Of a stretch of DNA of 64,000 nt, positions 1-12,300 are shown piece by piece. Source of the stretch: Bilabrum cf. latius (lineage: Eukaryota). The stretch lies in contig OZ237763.1 of NCBI GenBank assembly GCA_965178125.1, forward strand, positions 744,001-808,000. The letters run 5' to 3'. The notes under the pieces are model-generated. The model did not search any database, was not told where the DNA came from, and worked only from the letters and a program-made list of their open reading frames with translations. Position 1 is the stretch's first letter. Every line of letters starts with the position of its first letter. Both the position numbers and the translations under genes were made by a program.

Positions 1-1394
1 TGCCCATGGCGTGGGCTGCCAGGGCAGGTGAGCTATGCCTGCCTTCTTGCGGTGAGGGGCGCGATGGCGGTGGGGGGCTGGAGGACGAGGCAGAGGGGCT
101 CCCAGCCCAGCCGCCCTCTCCCTTTCCCCGTTCTACCCCTGCCCCTGCCCCCTCCCCCTCGCTCTCCCCCTCGCCCTCCCGCATGGCCTGCCTCAGCATC
201 GCCTCGGCAGCCGCCCTGCCCTCGGCTTCCTGCGCCTCCCGAAGGCCTCCCTCCTCGTCCATGTGCCACCGCCAGTCTGGGGAGGACGGGGCAAGGGGTT
301 GATCGTCAGCAGCAGCACCACCGCTAGCTGTAGCACGGGCTGCAGGCGATGGCGACGGGCTGTGGCTCGCAGGGTGTAGGCTCGTAGGGCGTGACGGCGA
401 TGCTGCTCCGCCCCCGCTGCTAGCTTCACTGGGCGCAGCCACCCTCGGCAAAACCGCCCCCGAGATGCCCTGCGATCCCTGCCCGTGCCCGTGCCCGTGC
501 CCCTGCTTGGCCAGCCACTGCCTCCTCATCTCTACAGAGGCACGGAGACTGCTCGGGCTGTGCCGGAGGAGGGCCTGGGAACCGGATACCACAGTGGCGG
601 GAGATGTGATGGGGCTGCCCTGCTGCTGCTGCTGCTGCTGCTCTGCGTTGCTTCTGTGCCCCTGCGAGGGGCTCGGTGCAGCGCTGCTTGAGCTCGCAGC
701 GGTGCTGCGGCTGCTTCCGGGCCCAGCCGGATACCGCCCCTCCGAAGCAACGAGATCAGGATTTGTCTTTCCGTTGTGCGCTTGGTGCGCTGCACTTCTC
801 GCATACTCCTATACGTGAGACTTGCCAGCAGATCCGGGATCAGTCCCGCCAGATGTGGCCCTCTCGGGGTCTTCCTCGACCCAGGCGGATTCCAGCGCCG
901 CCTCCTTGGCAAGACCAGCCCTCTACTACTCTCTTTTGCTGTCAACGCTGTCTCTCCAACGCACCTGTCTTTGATAAAACTCCGCCGCTTCTCCATTGCT
1001 GATCTTGCTCGCTTTCACAGGAACTGCGTTTGGCGCGTCGTCTGCAATACCCCTGTCCCTATCCGCATGCCTGCGTAATGTATCCATCTTCTGCGCAGAG
1101 TGACAGGCCCGACCACCGATAGCAAATCTGACAGGCTTGAGCGAACACTTATAAAAATGCAAACCAGCCATTCGTGCGCAAACACTAGCAACAACTTGAA
1201 CGACGTTCCTACCATACAATCCGAATACTTCTTGTGCAACATAATCTCACTTTTGCAATGTACGCACTGTGCTTCTGTTGCCGCTGCATGAATCCATCAA
1301 GGCTGGGTGAGTCGGCGGAACCATCTTGCCCAGAGTGGTTTTCCTGGACATTAAATCCAAGATGGCCAAAATCGTGGCCAACTGAACTTGACAT
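1..1394 (-). CDS. Hypothetical low-complexity/coiled-coil protein, two exons (1394-1251, 1090-<1), runs off the left edge
   Basis: ATG at 1394 (MSSSVGHD...FMQRQQKHSAYIAK), GTGAGA...CGCAG intron, then KMDTLRRH...FYQRQVRWRDSVDSKRE**RAGLAKEAALE. The frame stays open to base 1 if TAG (926, 923, 809) is read as Gln. Confidence 0.65.
1091..1250 (-). other. Putative spliceosomal intron (160 nt, phase 0)
   Basis: Minus-strand AAA|GTGAGA donor and TGCGCAG|AAG acceptor join two ORFs in frame. No homology support. Confidence 0.55.
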
Positions 1395-1632
1395 CGGACC
1401 GCAGTGGACTCGGGCGGCGCGCTTTGCCGCCCAATACAGCAGTAAATGCCGTCTTGGGAAGGCGTGCAGGTCGCTCCAAAATGACACGTTACAAAATACC
1501 ATCGAGCGAGAGATTTTGGTATAGACTAATCCAAGAAAGAACATGATACCTACGTTTATTGGCTTGTCGGCCTGACTGCCTTGCTACTGCCGCGGGCATC
1601 CGTTGCTGTTTCGAGATTGGCACCAGTAGCCA

Positions 1633-3699
1633 ATGCGAGGCGGCTGTTGCACTTCGGCCAGCCTTGCCCTTCTTATTGTGGGCGTAACGGCATCATCCGC
1701 GACACGAGAAAGCGTTCTGCGACAGGTTAGTGACCCTCCAGTGGGATGTGTCGTAGATTCGCTGTTCCCTGAGCACCAAACTCTGGTTGGTGACCGCTCC
1801 ATGAGAGTTGTCACTCAAATTGCGTGCTCAAGTGGCGACGCAGACGCTGCAGCCCTATGCATTGACATATTTCGCGGTCCTAACGCTACAGATACTACCA
1901 GACACGATGCCTGGTCCGAAGGCGAGCACCTCGGTAGGTCATGCAGGAGCGGAGCACCCTCTCCGAGTTACCCAGCAAGCGACGAGAAGCCGATGGATAG
2001 TAGGACAAAGCGGTCTGTGTATTCGATCACTGTCCGCATACCCCAGACTGGACCGTACAAAGTAGTAGCGTGGCTCCCGTCTGCACCACCGGGCCAGTTT
2101 TCTGCGCCCGCGTCTCGGCAGCCGCGGGCACCCCGGCCCCGGCCCGGCACGAGGCTGGAGCACTGGGTGGCCGTGAGCGACGGGGCGCCGAGGGCGGGGC
2201 CATGGTGGATGCGCTTCACGGGAGCGGGGCAGGGGTCCAGGGCGGGGCCCTGGGGCTGCGGGAGCGATGCCTCCTGCGTCGCAGGGAACGTTCGTCGCGA
2301 GGTGGGGGAATGGGCGGGCCACGTCCCCTTGGCGGGGACACAGGCGCAGGGGGGAGCACACGGCTTTCAAGCACCCCCCGCGTTTGCCGGCCCGACCATG
2401 CGGGTGCCGGATGGGTTGCCGGCAGGTGCTCGCGGGTCCGTCTCTGAGCCTGGCACCGGCAACGGCCGCGTGCTGGACGTGCTGCTGGTGGTCTTTGCCG
2501 GGGCCGGCCGGTCCGCCCACGTGCGCCGCACGGTGGACCATTTCATGACAGGGAGTGCCCCCTTGCCAGTCCGCAGGGCGGTCTCTGGCGATCACGACCC
2601 GCAGGAGGAAGGCTTCGGGGGGAGAGGGGATCTGTTGCGGGTGCGGTACCACCCCATGCTGTTCCTGTACTCCGGGGGCACTGCTGCCTACGAGGACGCT
2701 CCGTGGTGGGAGCGGGCGGTGGTGGTGAGGGCCCCCGGCCGCATGAAGTGGTGGTACGTGCAGCGGTTCCTGCACCCCTCCGTCGTGGTGGGGACCACCG
2801 GGCAGGAAGGTGCATCGCACGATGGTGCGCGGCGGGACGGGTACGACTACGTGGTGCTGCTGGACGATGACGCGGACTTTCTGGGGGACGCTGGCAAGGG
2901 GGTTCGGGGCCGGGAAGAGGCGGAAGCGGGCATGAGGAACAACCCCCCCTCGTAGGGGGCGCTGCTGGACCCTTAGCGGCTCGGGCGCGCGCTGTACCGG
3001 CTGGGGGCGGACCTGGCGCAGCCGGTGCACGCCACGGCGCGGGGCAGCTCCTTCGAGCTGGTGACGGCGGCCGGTCTGGAACGTATGAGAGAGGGAGGGG
3101 GGCAGAGGGGGAGAGGGGGGTCGGGGCCCGTGGTGGGTGCAGTGCACGGTGGTGTGCCCTCGCGGCACTGGTCCCGGCTCCCCACGGCCCGTGGCCTGCA
3201 GCCCCGGGGTGGGAACGACCCGGCCTCGTGGTCCGCTGCTTCCGTGGACGCGGGCGGGGCCGGGAAGCTGCTTGGGGACCCCAAGCCGGGGGCAGTTCCC
3301 CTGGGGGAAATGGGGGGCGGCCCCATGACGGAGATGCGCGCGCCTCTGCTGGCGGCCCGCAGTACCTTTGTGGAGTGCGGGCCCGCGGTGGCTGTGTCTC
3401 GCAAGGCGTGGACGTGCCTGTGGGGCCTGCTGCAGGGAGACCTGGGCAGCGGGTACGGGCTGGACCTCGTGTGGTCCCGCGCGTGCGCGCCAGGGAGCAC
3501 CTTTTTGCTGGCGGGGGAGCGAGTCTGGCATAGGGATGGAAAGGAGGCTTCGGGGAAGCACCCGAACTTCCACGCGCTGGCGGTGGCGGAGGGCGCGGCG
3601 CTATTCGGACGGCTGGGCCTGGCCCCCGAGATGCCACGAGTACTGGAGCTGGTTGAGGGCGCTGTGGGCGGCGGAGACGGCGGATGGGAATTGACTTAA
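1633..3699 (+). CDS. DUF707-family protein (putative glycosyltransferase-like), N-terminal signal/anchor, 688 aa
   Basis: ORFs 1633-2955 and 3025-3699 share a frame and are separated only by TAGs at 2953 and 2974. DUF707-type motifs lie on both sides: KWWYVQRFLHP, YDYVVLLDDD, LAQP, FVECGPAVAVSRKAWTCLWGLLQGDLGSGYGLD. Ends in TAA. Confidence 0.8.
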
Positions 3700-3860
3700 T
3701 GCCATTGGAACACACAAACAAGATGGTTTCAAATGAAATGGCCACACTCTTTAACCTGCAATCACGCCAGCCCAACAGGCCGAATCGATCGAAGACCGCC
3801 TCTTCGTCGTGCACTTCGCGCACTACACCCTCTTTACCTCCTTGGCTTTCTGACAAGCAT

Positions 3861-4208
3861 TCATGACGACTTCGAAGTCGCCTGCAGCGCCCGTGTCCGC
3901 TCAACGGGGCCCCCAGTGAACGCATCGGCGTCCTTAGCCTTGTACAGGAAAGGAGTCTTGATCTTCCCGGCAGGGTCCGCGATGCAGCGGATCAGCAAGG
4001 AGTACCTATCCGAGTAAATCTTCTTCGCGTCAGCCTCGCCGACGTTCCTGCTAACGAACGAGGAAGGATCCGCGAGGTCGTGCTCGAACAGCTTCAGGTC
4101 CAGAAACCTCCTGCGGCAGTACGACGACGGCAGTTCGTGCACATGCTGGCGGAAACGCTGAACCAAGCTGAACGTAGAATCAGCAGCAGCCTCGGTAACC
4201 TTCGCCAT
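3861..4208 (-). CDS. Hypothetical protein, 115 aa
   Basis: ATG-TGA ORF with globular-looking composition; fills the gap between neighbours without overlap. No family recognised. Confidence 0.55.
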   Translation of the reverse strand: MAKVTEAAADSTFSLVQRFRQHVHELPSSYCRRRFLDLKLFEHDLADPSSFVSRNVGEADAKKIYSDRYSLLIRCIADPAGKIKTPFLYKAKDADAFTGGPVERTRALQATSKSS

Positions 4209-4684
4209 CTCTTCAGGTACAGACTATGCCGCGGGACGCGGATTCACTCATTGCGCTCTCCGAAATCTGGTTTAATATTTATTAAAAGGTGTGAAAACTG
4301 CCAAACCAGCGGATCCGACCGATACGGCTACAGCTGCCCACCGAAGTCAGGATGTCGTCAAGCGAAGTATGGAGATAGGCGTAAGTTTTATTTTGACCGC
4401 ATCTTTTGGTCGTTCTGCTAGTTCGCTCCGAATGGCATGCGATTTGCTTGCCGCATCGTAGTGCAACAGCTGGAAGGCTCGCTGCTGTGTTTGTGGCCTA
4501 GTTGTCGGTTGCGTGTGAACTCCCTCCACTATGCACAACCAACTACGCTAACGTCTCTCTTGGGGCTTGCTCCTGGCTCCTGCCAAACCATGAGCGAGTC
4601 CCCTGCAACGTTGGCTTGTGCTGACTTGACCTACGATCTGCGCGTGCAACTGCCACCAGCTCCCTGCATCGCAGTGATACCAAT

Positions 4685-5197
4685 ATGTCCGCCAAGGCAG
4701 AGAAAAAGCTCAAGGAAAGCTTGAAGCAAGTATCGGGTGGCAAGGCTAGGAAGGACGCAACTCTGGGGGGCGCCCAGACCACGGAGTTTATCGTCGGAAG
4801 CGCAGCCATCGCAACCATCTTCTTTGGCCTTCTCCTGTCTCCTATCTTTGAGCTTACAGCGGAGTCCCCGATCGTGTTTGTATTGCCTGCCGCTCTGTTT
4901 GTTGTGTGCTTCATGGGGCTGGGAAAGATGAGGGAGCGCCGGTTTCGGACCGTGGGCGTTGCGCGGGAGGTTCGCTTCGCTGACGAGAACCCCGGCAAGG
5001 GCCCCGAGGCGAGCTTGCGGCAGGTGGCAACTTGGTACTCTCTCCTGTACGTCTCAGTGGCCGCACTGGTGCCTCTCGTGGTTGTGAGTGTTATCCTGTC
5101 GCACTCGGTGGCGTACGGCACTGCCAACGCCATCGCCACCGGAGCTGCCTCGGTCGGCAGCGTGGTTCTCGTGTCGAAGCTGTACGAATCCAAGTGA
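4685..5197 (+). CDS. Four-TM membrane protein, translocon-associated protein gamma (SSR3)-like, 170 aa
   Basis: Two hydrophobic hairpins separated by a charged loop. The C-terminal ATWYSLLYVS...ANAIATGAASVGSVVLVS resembles TRAP-gamma in size and layout. Ends in TGA. Confidence 0.6.
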   Translation: MSAKAEKKLKESLKQVSGGKARKDATLGGAQTTEFIVGSAAIATIFFGLLLSPIFELTAESPIVFVLPAALFVVCFMGLGKMRERRFRTVGVAREVRFADENPGKGPEASLRQVATWYSLLYVSVAALVPLVVVSVILSHSVAYGTANAIATGAASVGSVVLVSKLYESK

Positions 5198-5468
5198 TTG
5201 ATCGAGCCATAGGCAGTTCGAATCGTTTCCGGTGGGAGGCCCGCGACGGTGCGATGAGCGCGAGACGGTGGGAACAGAAGGTGGGGGGGCTTGTCAGGGC
5301 GTGGCATGCTGGAAACAACGTGTAGTCTTTGGATGGGCACGTAGTACCCCCCTCTAGATTTTTGGGGCGCGACTTCCCGCGGTTCGAATCGGATCATCGA
5401 TTGCAGCGCTTGACATCCCGGTTCCATTTAATTCGCCTTTCATTAATCGCGCACAAGCGACTCCTCCG

Positions 5469-7238
5469 TCACTCGCTGTCCTCTTCCACCTCGACCGCCT
5501 GTCCAGAGCCTAGCTGCCGACCGCTCGGTGTGCGTGGGGGTAGTGTACCCCTGCTGCCGGGTGGTGATGGTGCTCCATTCCCAGGCGCACCTCCACCCCC
5601 TAGGCTCGCAGCATCGGCCTGAGACTGCTGCTGTGTTTTGCCCTGTCGTCCCACCGCTCCAGTCGCATCGGTTGACCGACTCAGCGCGCCTGCACCGGAC
5701 CCCGAACCCACTCCCGAGCCACCTTGGGTGCCTGCGCGAGTTCCTGGGCCGGTTGCACCACCGTGCGATGCACCTACCTCGACACGACCCTTCGATCGCC
5801 TAGGACCACGATGGGAGGAGCCGCCGCCGCTGCCCCCTTCTCTTCTCCCTCCACCCCCCAGGACCCCCGTTGCAGCCCCTGCCCGCTGCCTGATTGCACC
5901 CACGCTGCCCGGCCGGTGCAGCTCCTGGTGCTTGTCGCACTCTGTGCCATCGTGCGGTGCAACCTAGCCGTCCACACCCTCCAATGCACTCGACAGGTCC
6001 CGCGTACCTTCACCGCTGGCAGTACCACCCGATCCTGTCCCCGCCCCCGCCCCCGCCTCCGCCCTAGCCGGCAGCGTGGGGGCCTAGTGAACGGGCGATT
6101 CGGGTGGGCTGGACGCCTTGGAGGGAGGACTCGCGTGCGGGGTTCGAACCCGGGCGCCGCCACTCCCAGCCAGCCACGAAAACACCCCGAACACTCCCCC
6201 GGAGCTGGACTCTTCCTGCTTGCTGGCAGCCCCCGAGGGCGTGTTCCCTGGCTGCAGCCCGTCCGCCTTGAGCACCGGAGCCCCCTTGACCGGCCTCAGA
6301 GCCCCGTCCTCCTATGCCAGCCCAGCCATGATCAGGTGCTGCTGGGCGCTGCGGACCCACCTCCTGTACTTGTCCATCTTCACCTTGTGCGCCAGGTATC
6401 CCTCATGCAGCTTCCTGTAGCTGTCGTCCAGCCTCCTCTTGTCGTCCAGCAGGTCCTCGTAGCCCTGCTGCCGGGAGGCCAGCTGCACCTTGGCCTCCAC
6501 CAGCCGGCCCTCGAGGTCCTTCTGCTGCTCCCGCTCCCGGGCCAATTCCACCTGGATCTGCTCCAGCTCGTCCTCCAAATCGCTCCTGGCCTGCTGGCTC
6601 TCCGCGAGCTTGGCTGTGGTGCGGCCCAGCCGCTGCAAGGCCTCCTCCATCTCGATGGGGTACGGCTCCGGCGTGCCGGGCGCCGTGGAATGCCTGGACG
6701 ACGACCCGACAGTCGACGCGGCGGCGGATTCAAGCTGCTTGCGCAGCGTCTCTGCTTGCTCAGTGGCGTGCCGGAGCTGCCTCGCCATGATGTCTCGCTC
6801 CCGACGTGCCGCAGCGGCTGCGGCCGCTCCTTGCTCCCCCCCCTGCTTCAGAGAACTCTGCAGCGGCGCTACAAAGCCGTGCCCCTCTACTATGCTGACC
6901 ATTTCGTCGGACAGGGTAGCCCCTTCTTCGTAGGCGGCCCCCAGTGCACTGAGGCATTCTGCCGCGTGGTCGTCGACGTCTTGCATTTCTTGCTTTAGAG
7001 CAGCATTCTCGGCGCGATGCTACCGCAGCGCATCTTTAAGCCGTTCGTTCTCTGCCTATATTAAAGCTACCTCTGGGTGCAATACATGTGGGTGAACATC
7101 GCCTGCAGTTAGAGCAGGGTCAGAGCGCGTGGATGCCAGCTCCGCGACAGAGGCGTCCTCGAAAGACTCTGCCTCCTCAAGCATGGCATCAAGATCTAGA
7201 GATGAAACCCTAGACTTGTTACGCGGGCCCGAAGCCAT
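5469..7238 (-). CDS. Coiled-coil protein with disordered C-terminus, 589 aa
   Basis: ORFs 7056-7313, 6312-6986, 6084-6275 and 5469-5903 share one frame and are joined across 5 TAGs (7056, 7020, 6312, 6084, 5964). ALI*AENERLKDALR*HRAENAALKQE reads as a continuous heptad pattern with Q. Ends in TGA. Confidence 0.75.
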
Positions 7239-7360
7239 GGCTTCGCGGGCACGGTGGCCGAAATCATCGGCTGGCCTTGCCCAGGCTGCACCGCACGCAA
7301 GTTGGTGCCACAAAGTGCAGGCGCTGCGACGCCACGTCCATACTGGGAGACCTGCGTTAC

Positions 7361-8782
7361 ATGAGTCATGATATAAAGCAGGTCTCTATTCAAGCATGCT
7401 TGAGGGCAGCATTCCAAGAGCGTGCGATGCGGCAGGCTGCCCTGATGTGGGAGCCATTGAGCTCTGCTGCTGGATCGGTCCGCATTCCACCGTCGTTCCT
7501 GCAATTTGGGGGCAGTGCAGCAGCTACTGTATTGAAGGAAATGCGAGGCGCGGCTGGCTATGATTTCAAAAAGAAGCCAGCTCGAAAAGCAAAGGCAGAC
7601 CCGAAGTCGGGAACGGCAACTGCAGATCACGACGGCGGTAGCGCAAGGTTGCTGCTTGATTTGACGTCCGATCGGAGTCCAGCTGAGCTACTCGCTGCTG
7701 TACTGTGCCGCTGGTGGCCTCAATCTGAATCGAGTGGCGCCGGCTCTGCCGTTGAAGCCATGGCTGCCACAGGTAGCTCAACCACAAGCGAGTGCGAGTG
7801 GCCCAGCTACACCGGGCCAGTGGCGGGGTCCATCGTTGACCTTGGGCGCGTGCGTACTGCTACTGCTGCTAAGCGGGGCGCTGTAGTAGAGGCGATACAT
7901 GCCTGTACCAAGCACGCGGCCCCGTGCACCGTGCCGGCCTCTACCCCCACAGCTGCGACCAGCTCCCCCACACGCGCATCTGCATCAGGGGGTGCCACAG
8001 CAGCTGCAAAAGTACCTGTGCGCGCAACAAGCAGCGCAATCCCTGGCATAGTTCCACCTGGCTCGCCAATGGACGAAGCCGATGGCGATTCCAGTGGAAG
8101 GAAGGCCACTGCTGCTGGAGATGGTCTGGTTCCTGCACGACCGTGCGATGCACCGACACGATGCGAAGTGGAGCACTTAGTGCGGCAGTGTTTGGGGCTG
8201 CTAGCAGCAGAGGAAGAGGAGGGAGAAGGGCGAGGGCAAGGTGGTTCCACCGCTGGCGGTGCACCATCAGAGGCCCCAGGACCGGTGGCATCTCTACCAG
8301 CTGCTGCGTTAGATTCAGGCACAAGTTTAAAGGGAAGGGGCGCGTCGGGAAAGCAACAAGCTGCGGCGGGCGAAGCAGAGGCAGGCAAAGCAGGAAATAG
8401 CTCGTTGCCAGCCGCAGCGGGAGCCAGTGGAGGAATGGGGCAGGAGGGCGGACCCGGATCAGAGTGGGCAGGGTACTCTCCCCTGGCGCGAGATGGGCTG
8501 CGGCTGCTGCAGTCCATGGGTGGATGCCCGGGCGCAAGCGTGCTGATGGGGCAGCGGGAGACGGTTGCTTCGCTGGCCGGCGCCCCTCCTCCGCTTGCTG
8601 TGCTGGTGGGAGCGTTCGTGCGAGACTGCCCAGGGTACAAAGTTAAACCGAAAAAGGGCGGGGTGTAGGAAGGTGCTGGTGCTGGTGCTGGTGCTGGTGC
8701 TGGTGCTGGTGCTGGTGCTGGTGCTGGTGCTGGTGCTGGTGCTGGTGCTGGTGCTGGTGCTGGTGCTGGTGCTGGTGCTGGT

Positions 8783-8831
<49 letters not shown>

Positions 8832-9232
8832 CTGGTGCTGGTGCTGGTGCTGGAGCTGGTGCTCGCAGCAGATCCCCGGCCCATCCAGAGCACAGGCGCG
8901 GGAAATGGCTGACTGTTGGTGCTCGTGCGTTGGCCAAGCACGCTCACAGGAGCAGCGAGTCTTTCTGGGGAGTGGCTAGCGGGCCGCAGGAGGTGCAGAA
9001 CGCGAGGGCGGTGCGGGTCCTAGGCAGGTTGCTGCGGCGAGTGGCCTGGTGGAACTGGCACCCACTGCCCAACGGTCCCTACGTGTTCGAGATTAGGACG
9101 CCTGAAGGGTATGGGGCCAGGTGGGGAGTGGATCAGAGGGCGAGCACGGTGGCGGATGCCGGCGCAGTGCACTTTCGAGGCTTTGTGGAGCCGCACATAG
9201 AGGGTGGGCACGAGAGCAAGTGGAGGCACTGA
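7361..9232 (+). CDS. Conserved protein with a C-terminal domain like that of plant ASCH-domain proteins, 623 aa
   Basis: ORF 7277-8668 continues through TAG 8666 and a (Gly-Ala)32 tract into LTVGARALAKHAHRSSESFWG...FEIRTPEGYGARW...FRGFVEPHIEGGHESKWRH-TGA. This motif series matches my recollection of the C-terminus of plant ASCH-containing proteins. Confidence 0.7.
8672..8863 (+). repeat. (GGTGCT)~32 hexanucleotide microsatellite encoding poly(Gly-Ala)
   Basis: Directly visible, with a few GGAGCT variants; in frame within the 7361-9232 CDS. Confidence 0.95.
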
Positions 9233-9356
9233 TGTGGAGACCGCAATTGCACTGCGCTCGCGCGGTTATCCTCGCTAGAGTCTACGCCAACGTGAGTGGC
9301 TCGAGCGCTGGAACCCGGAGCCGCCAATCCGTACCTTACCCATCACCTCCCGCTCT

Positions 9357-12300
9357 ATGCAGCAGGATCGCGACAAACATGGTCTTTCCTCCCGATGGTG
9401 GATAGAAAAATCACTTCAGCAGGCAGCTAGGGCGCGCGATACCTTGAGAGCTGTCGCTGCGATCACAAATAGTAGATGCTCCGGAGATGCTCGGTACTCC
9501 CTACTTCGCGCAAAACCTCCAATTGACTGTCCAGCTCCATCTGATGTTCCTGGAAAAGGTTGGAGCATAGGACCTTTGCGTGCTGCTGGTGGAAGCATCG
9601 ACAAGTTCCCGCAAGACTGGGCTCGCAGGCTTGGCATGCAGAGCGGCAACCGGGGCAAACCGACGCAAGATCATGTAGTGCTTGTATTCACTCAGCACCC
9701 TGCTATTCCTGGTGGGGAAACTTCGTTGCATGTGTCTTCTCTGGCCGCGGCTGAGCCAGGCGCGGCCGTTTAGCTATCAGCTTGGAGCAGCGACAATCGC
9801 CGGGCAGGTGACGGTGGACGAGGCCGCGGTCGCACCGGAAAGGCGACTAGCAGCCATGCCAGCGCTGCTTCGAGTGCAAAGCTTCTGGCATGGCAAGGTG
9901 AGCTAGTTAGCGTGCGCTGCAAGTCATCGTCGCCTCCCGCCCTGCCGAGCCTAGATGATGGTGCGCAGTCGGATCCACAGGCAGAAGCAGAAAGCAAATC
10001 AATGTCAGCTGCAGGAAATGTATCCTTGGCACGCCTGCCTCAAAATGGACCCCCATATGATACGATGGGCTCCAACAGCGGCGCGCTGCCCGCAGCACCT
10101 ACGGGCGCCTCTGCCCGCGCGCCTGCCCCTGCCAGTGGACCAGCACATGCCCCTGCCCCTGCCCGTGCGATGGGCGAGTGGCAAGCACTCGTTCGATTCA
10201 GAGCAGCCCCTTCTCTCGGCCAGGCACTAGTGCAGGGGGGCAGGACGGCGAGGTGGGCCCTGCACGTCGGATTTCAGGGGGCGCGGCAGCTCGCGCAGAG
10301 GCAGGGGGTCGAGGCACTGCTGCGCGGTCGCTCGTTCAGTCCCGGACTAGCCGTGGGCAGGGCGAGCGGTGCAGCAGATGAAGCAGTGGACGGCAGTGTC
10401 GATGGAAATGGCAGTAGTAGCAGCGGCGCTGGCAGTCGGGATGCAGCAGACGGTGGCAGCCCAGAGTAGACAGACCCAGACCCAGACCCAATCGACATGG
10501 CGCTTACTTCCCGACTCCCAACGTCTGCTGCTCCGGCCCCACCATCTGACCCTGCTCCTTTTGCATCCAGTACATCCTCAGTCGCATCATCTCTAGCTGA
10601 TAGGAGGAACCGCCCCCACTTCCTCATGCCGCTTCTGCTGCCGGGAGACGGCGGGGTCGGTGGTGTGGCGGGCCACATGCACAGGGAGAGGCTTCGGAGA
10701 TCGGCAAAGGAGGCTCCCGTGGATGGCCCCCGCCTGTGGCCAGACCCCCTGCAGGTGGCGGCCTATCCCTTGGGAGAGGTAGCGGATGGCAGGTTTGCAC
10801 CTGCGGGTCCCATCGATGAGTCGGGGCTGTACCAGGACCTGGTGGAGAGCAGTGGCGGTGATGACGATGACGACGATGATGATGTGGGCTCGTCCGCTCG
10901 TAGTGGTGGTATTCTAGGCAGTCCCACAGGAGCCAACGGTATCAATGGGAGTGAGAGAGACAGCGACAGCAGTAGCAGCGATGAGGAGAGGCCCAGGATT
11001 TTGGGAGGCGCGTTCGGTGCGAGGAAACAGTTGCCACCGCGCGCTAAGGGCAAGCACGCAACAGCAGCATCGGCAGCTAGATCGCAGAAACAGCAGGTTA
11101 GGATAGGAGGGCGGCGCAAAAAACGAGCCCGGCTTGACTCGGGTGCATCTGCGGGCTACCAGCAGGAGGAGGACGAGGACGAGGACGAGGACATGATGGA
11201 GGTGGACCCGCCTACCGGTCCCCTAGGCCGAGCTGAGGTAGCGGCAAAGACACGCGAGCAATATCTTCATGAAAGATCCACGATGGTGTCTAAGCTCATT
11301 GGGATGCATCCGGGCTGTTCGAAGTGGTCGCAGTGGGGCATGCGGCGCAAGCTGACGATGGGCATGAGCATGGTGCAGATGCGTACCCTGAATGCGGTGC
11401 TCGCCCGGAGGATTGGAGTGGTGATGGGGGGTCCACAGATAGGGAAGACGCGGGTGCTGGCAGCTGCGTGCGTACTGCTGCGAGAGGAATGCAAGAGGCA
11501 GAACAAATTTAGCCACAGCATATCGCCAACGACATAGTACTGGATCCCGAGCGACGTTGAGTGGCCGCAGGTGCTGGCAGTGGCACCGTCAAGGGCAGGC
11601 GTCCACCGGCTGCAGCGTGAACTGGACGCCCTCGGTGTATCCAGCATTGTCGTAGACCCAGTGCAGGGGGCAAAGGAGTTTGGAGGGGCAGGTGAAAAGA
11701 AGCCGTCCCGGGCAGAAGAGGCGCGCATCCGCAAGGCGACTACGGTGCTGTGTCAGGCGCACCACGCAGCAGCGGCTCGCTCTGCGGTGAGCTCGGCGCT
11801 GTCTGAGAGCGGACCTGTCGACTGGCGCCCCCTCATGGTCATCATCGATGACGCGCACGGGATGGATGCCAGCAGCTGCTATCTTGCGGTGCAGGGTTTG
11901 CGCGAGTGCGGTAGGGTGGTGATGGCATGCGACCTCGAGGCTCTTCGGGTGGGCATGGAGCCCGTGGGGCAGTGCAAGGCCATCGTTGATTGTGCACCGC
12001 GTGTCGGGCATGCAAAGACTGCCCGCAAGTAGGATCGGGAGCGTGGAGAAGCGGCTATCCTGCTGCGACTTGGCCTCGCTTCCTCGCTGCCTGCCGGATC
12101 AATCGATCCCGCCGTTCTGCGAGCCAGTGGCGGCATAGCAGCCAAAACAGAGAGCAGGGCCCAAGATAAGGAAAAGGACGCGTGGGGAGAGAGATCGTCC
12201 AATAGCTCGGTCCAAGACGACGATGGGCCTGCTTGGGCCCGGGCAGCCGACGCCTCGCCTGCCAATACGGATGCATGGGGTGCCGAGGTGGCCGCTGTCC

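Noticed and set aside
5325-5400. Possible suppressor tRNA (CTCTAGA loop-like sequence followed by GGTTCGAATC) in an intergenic gap
   Set aside because: The anticodon stem (CCCCC/TTTTT) and the T-stem do not base-pair, so no cloverleaf can be built. I found no tRNA gene in the window.
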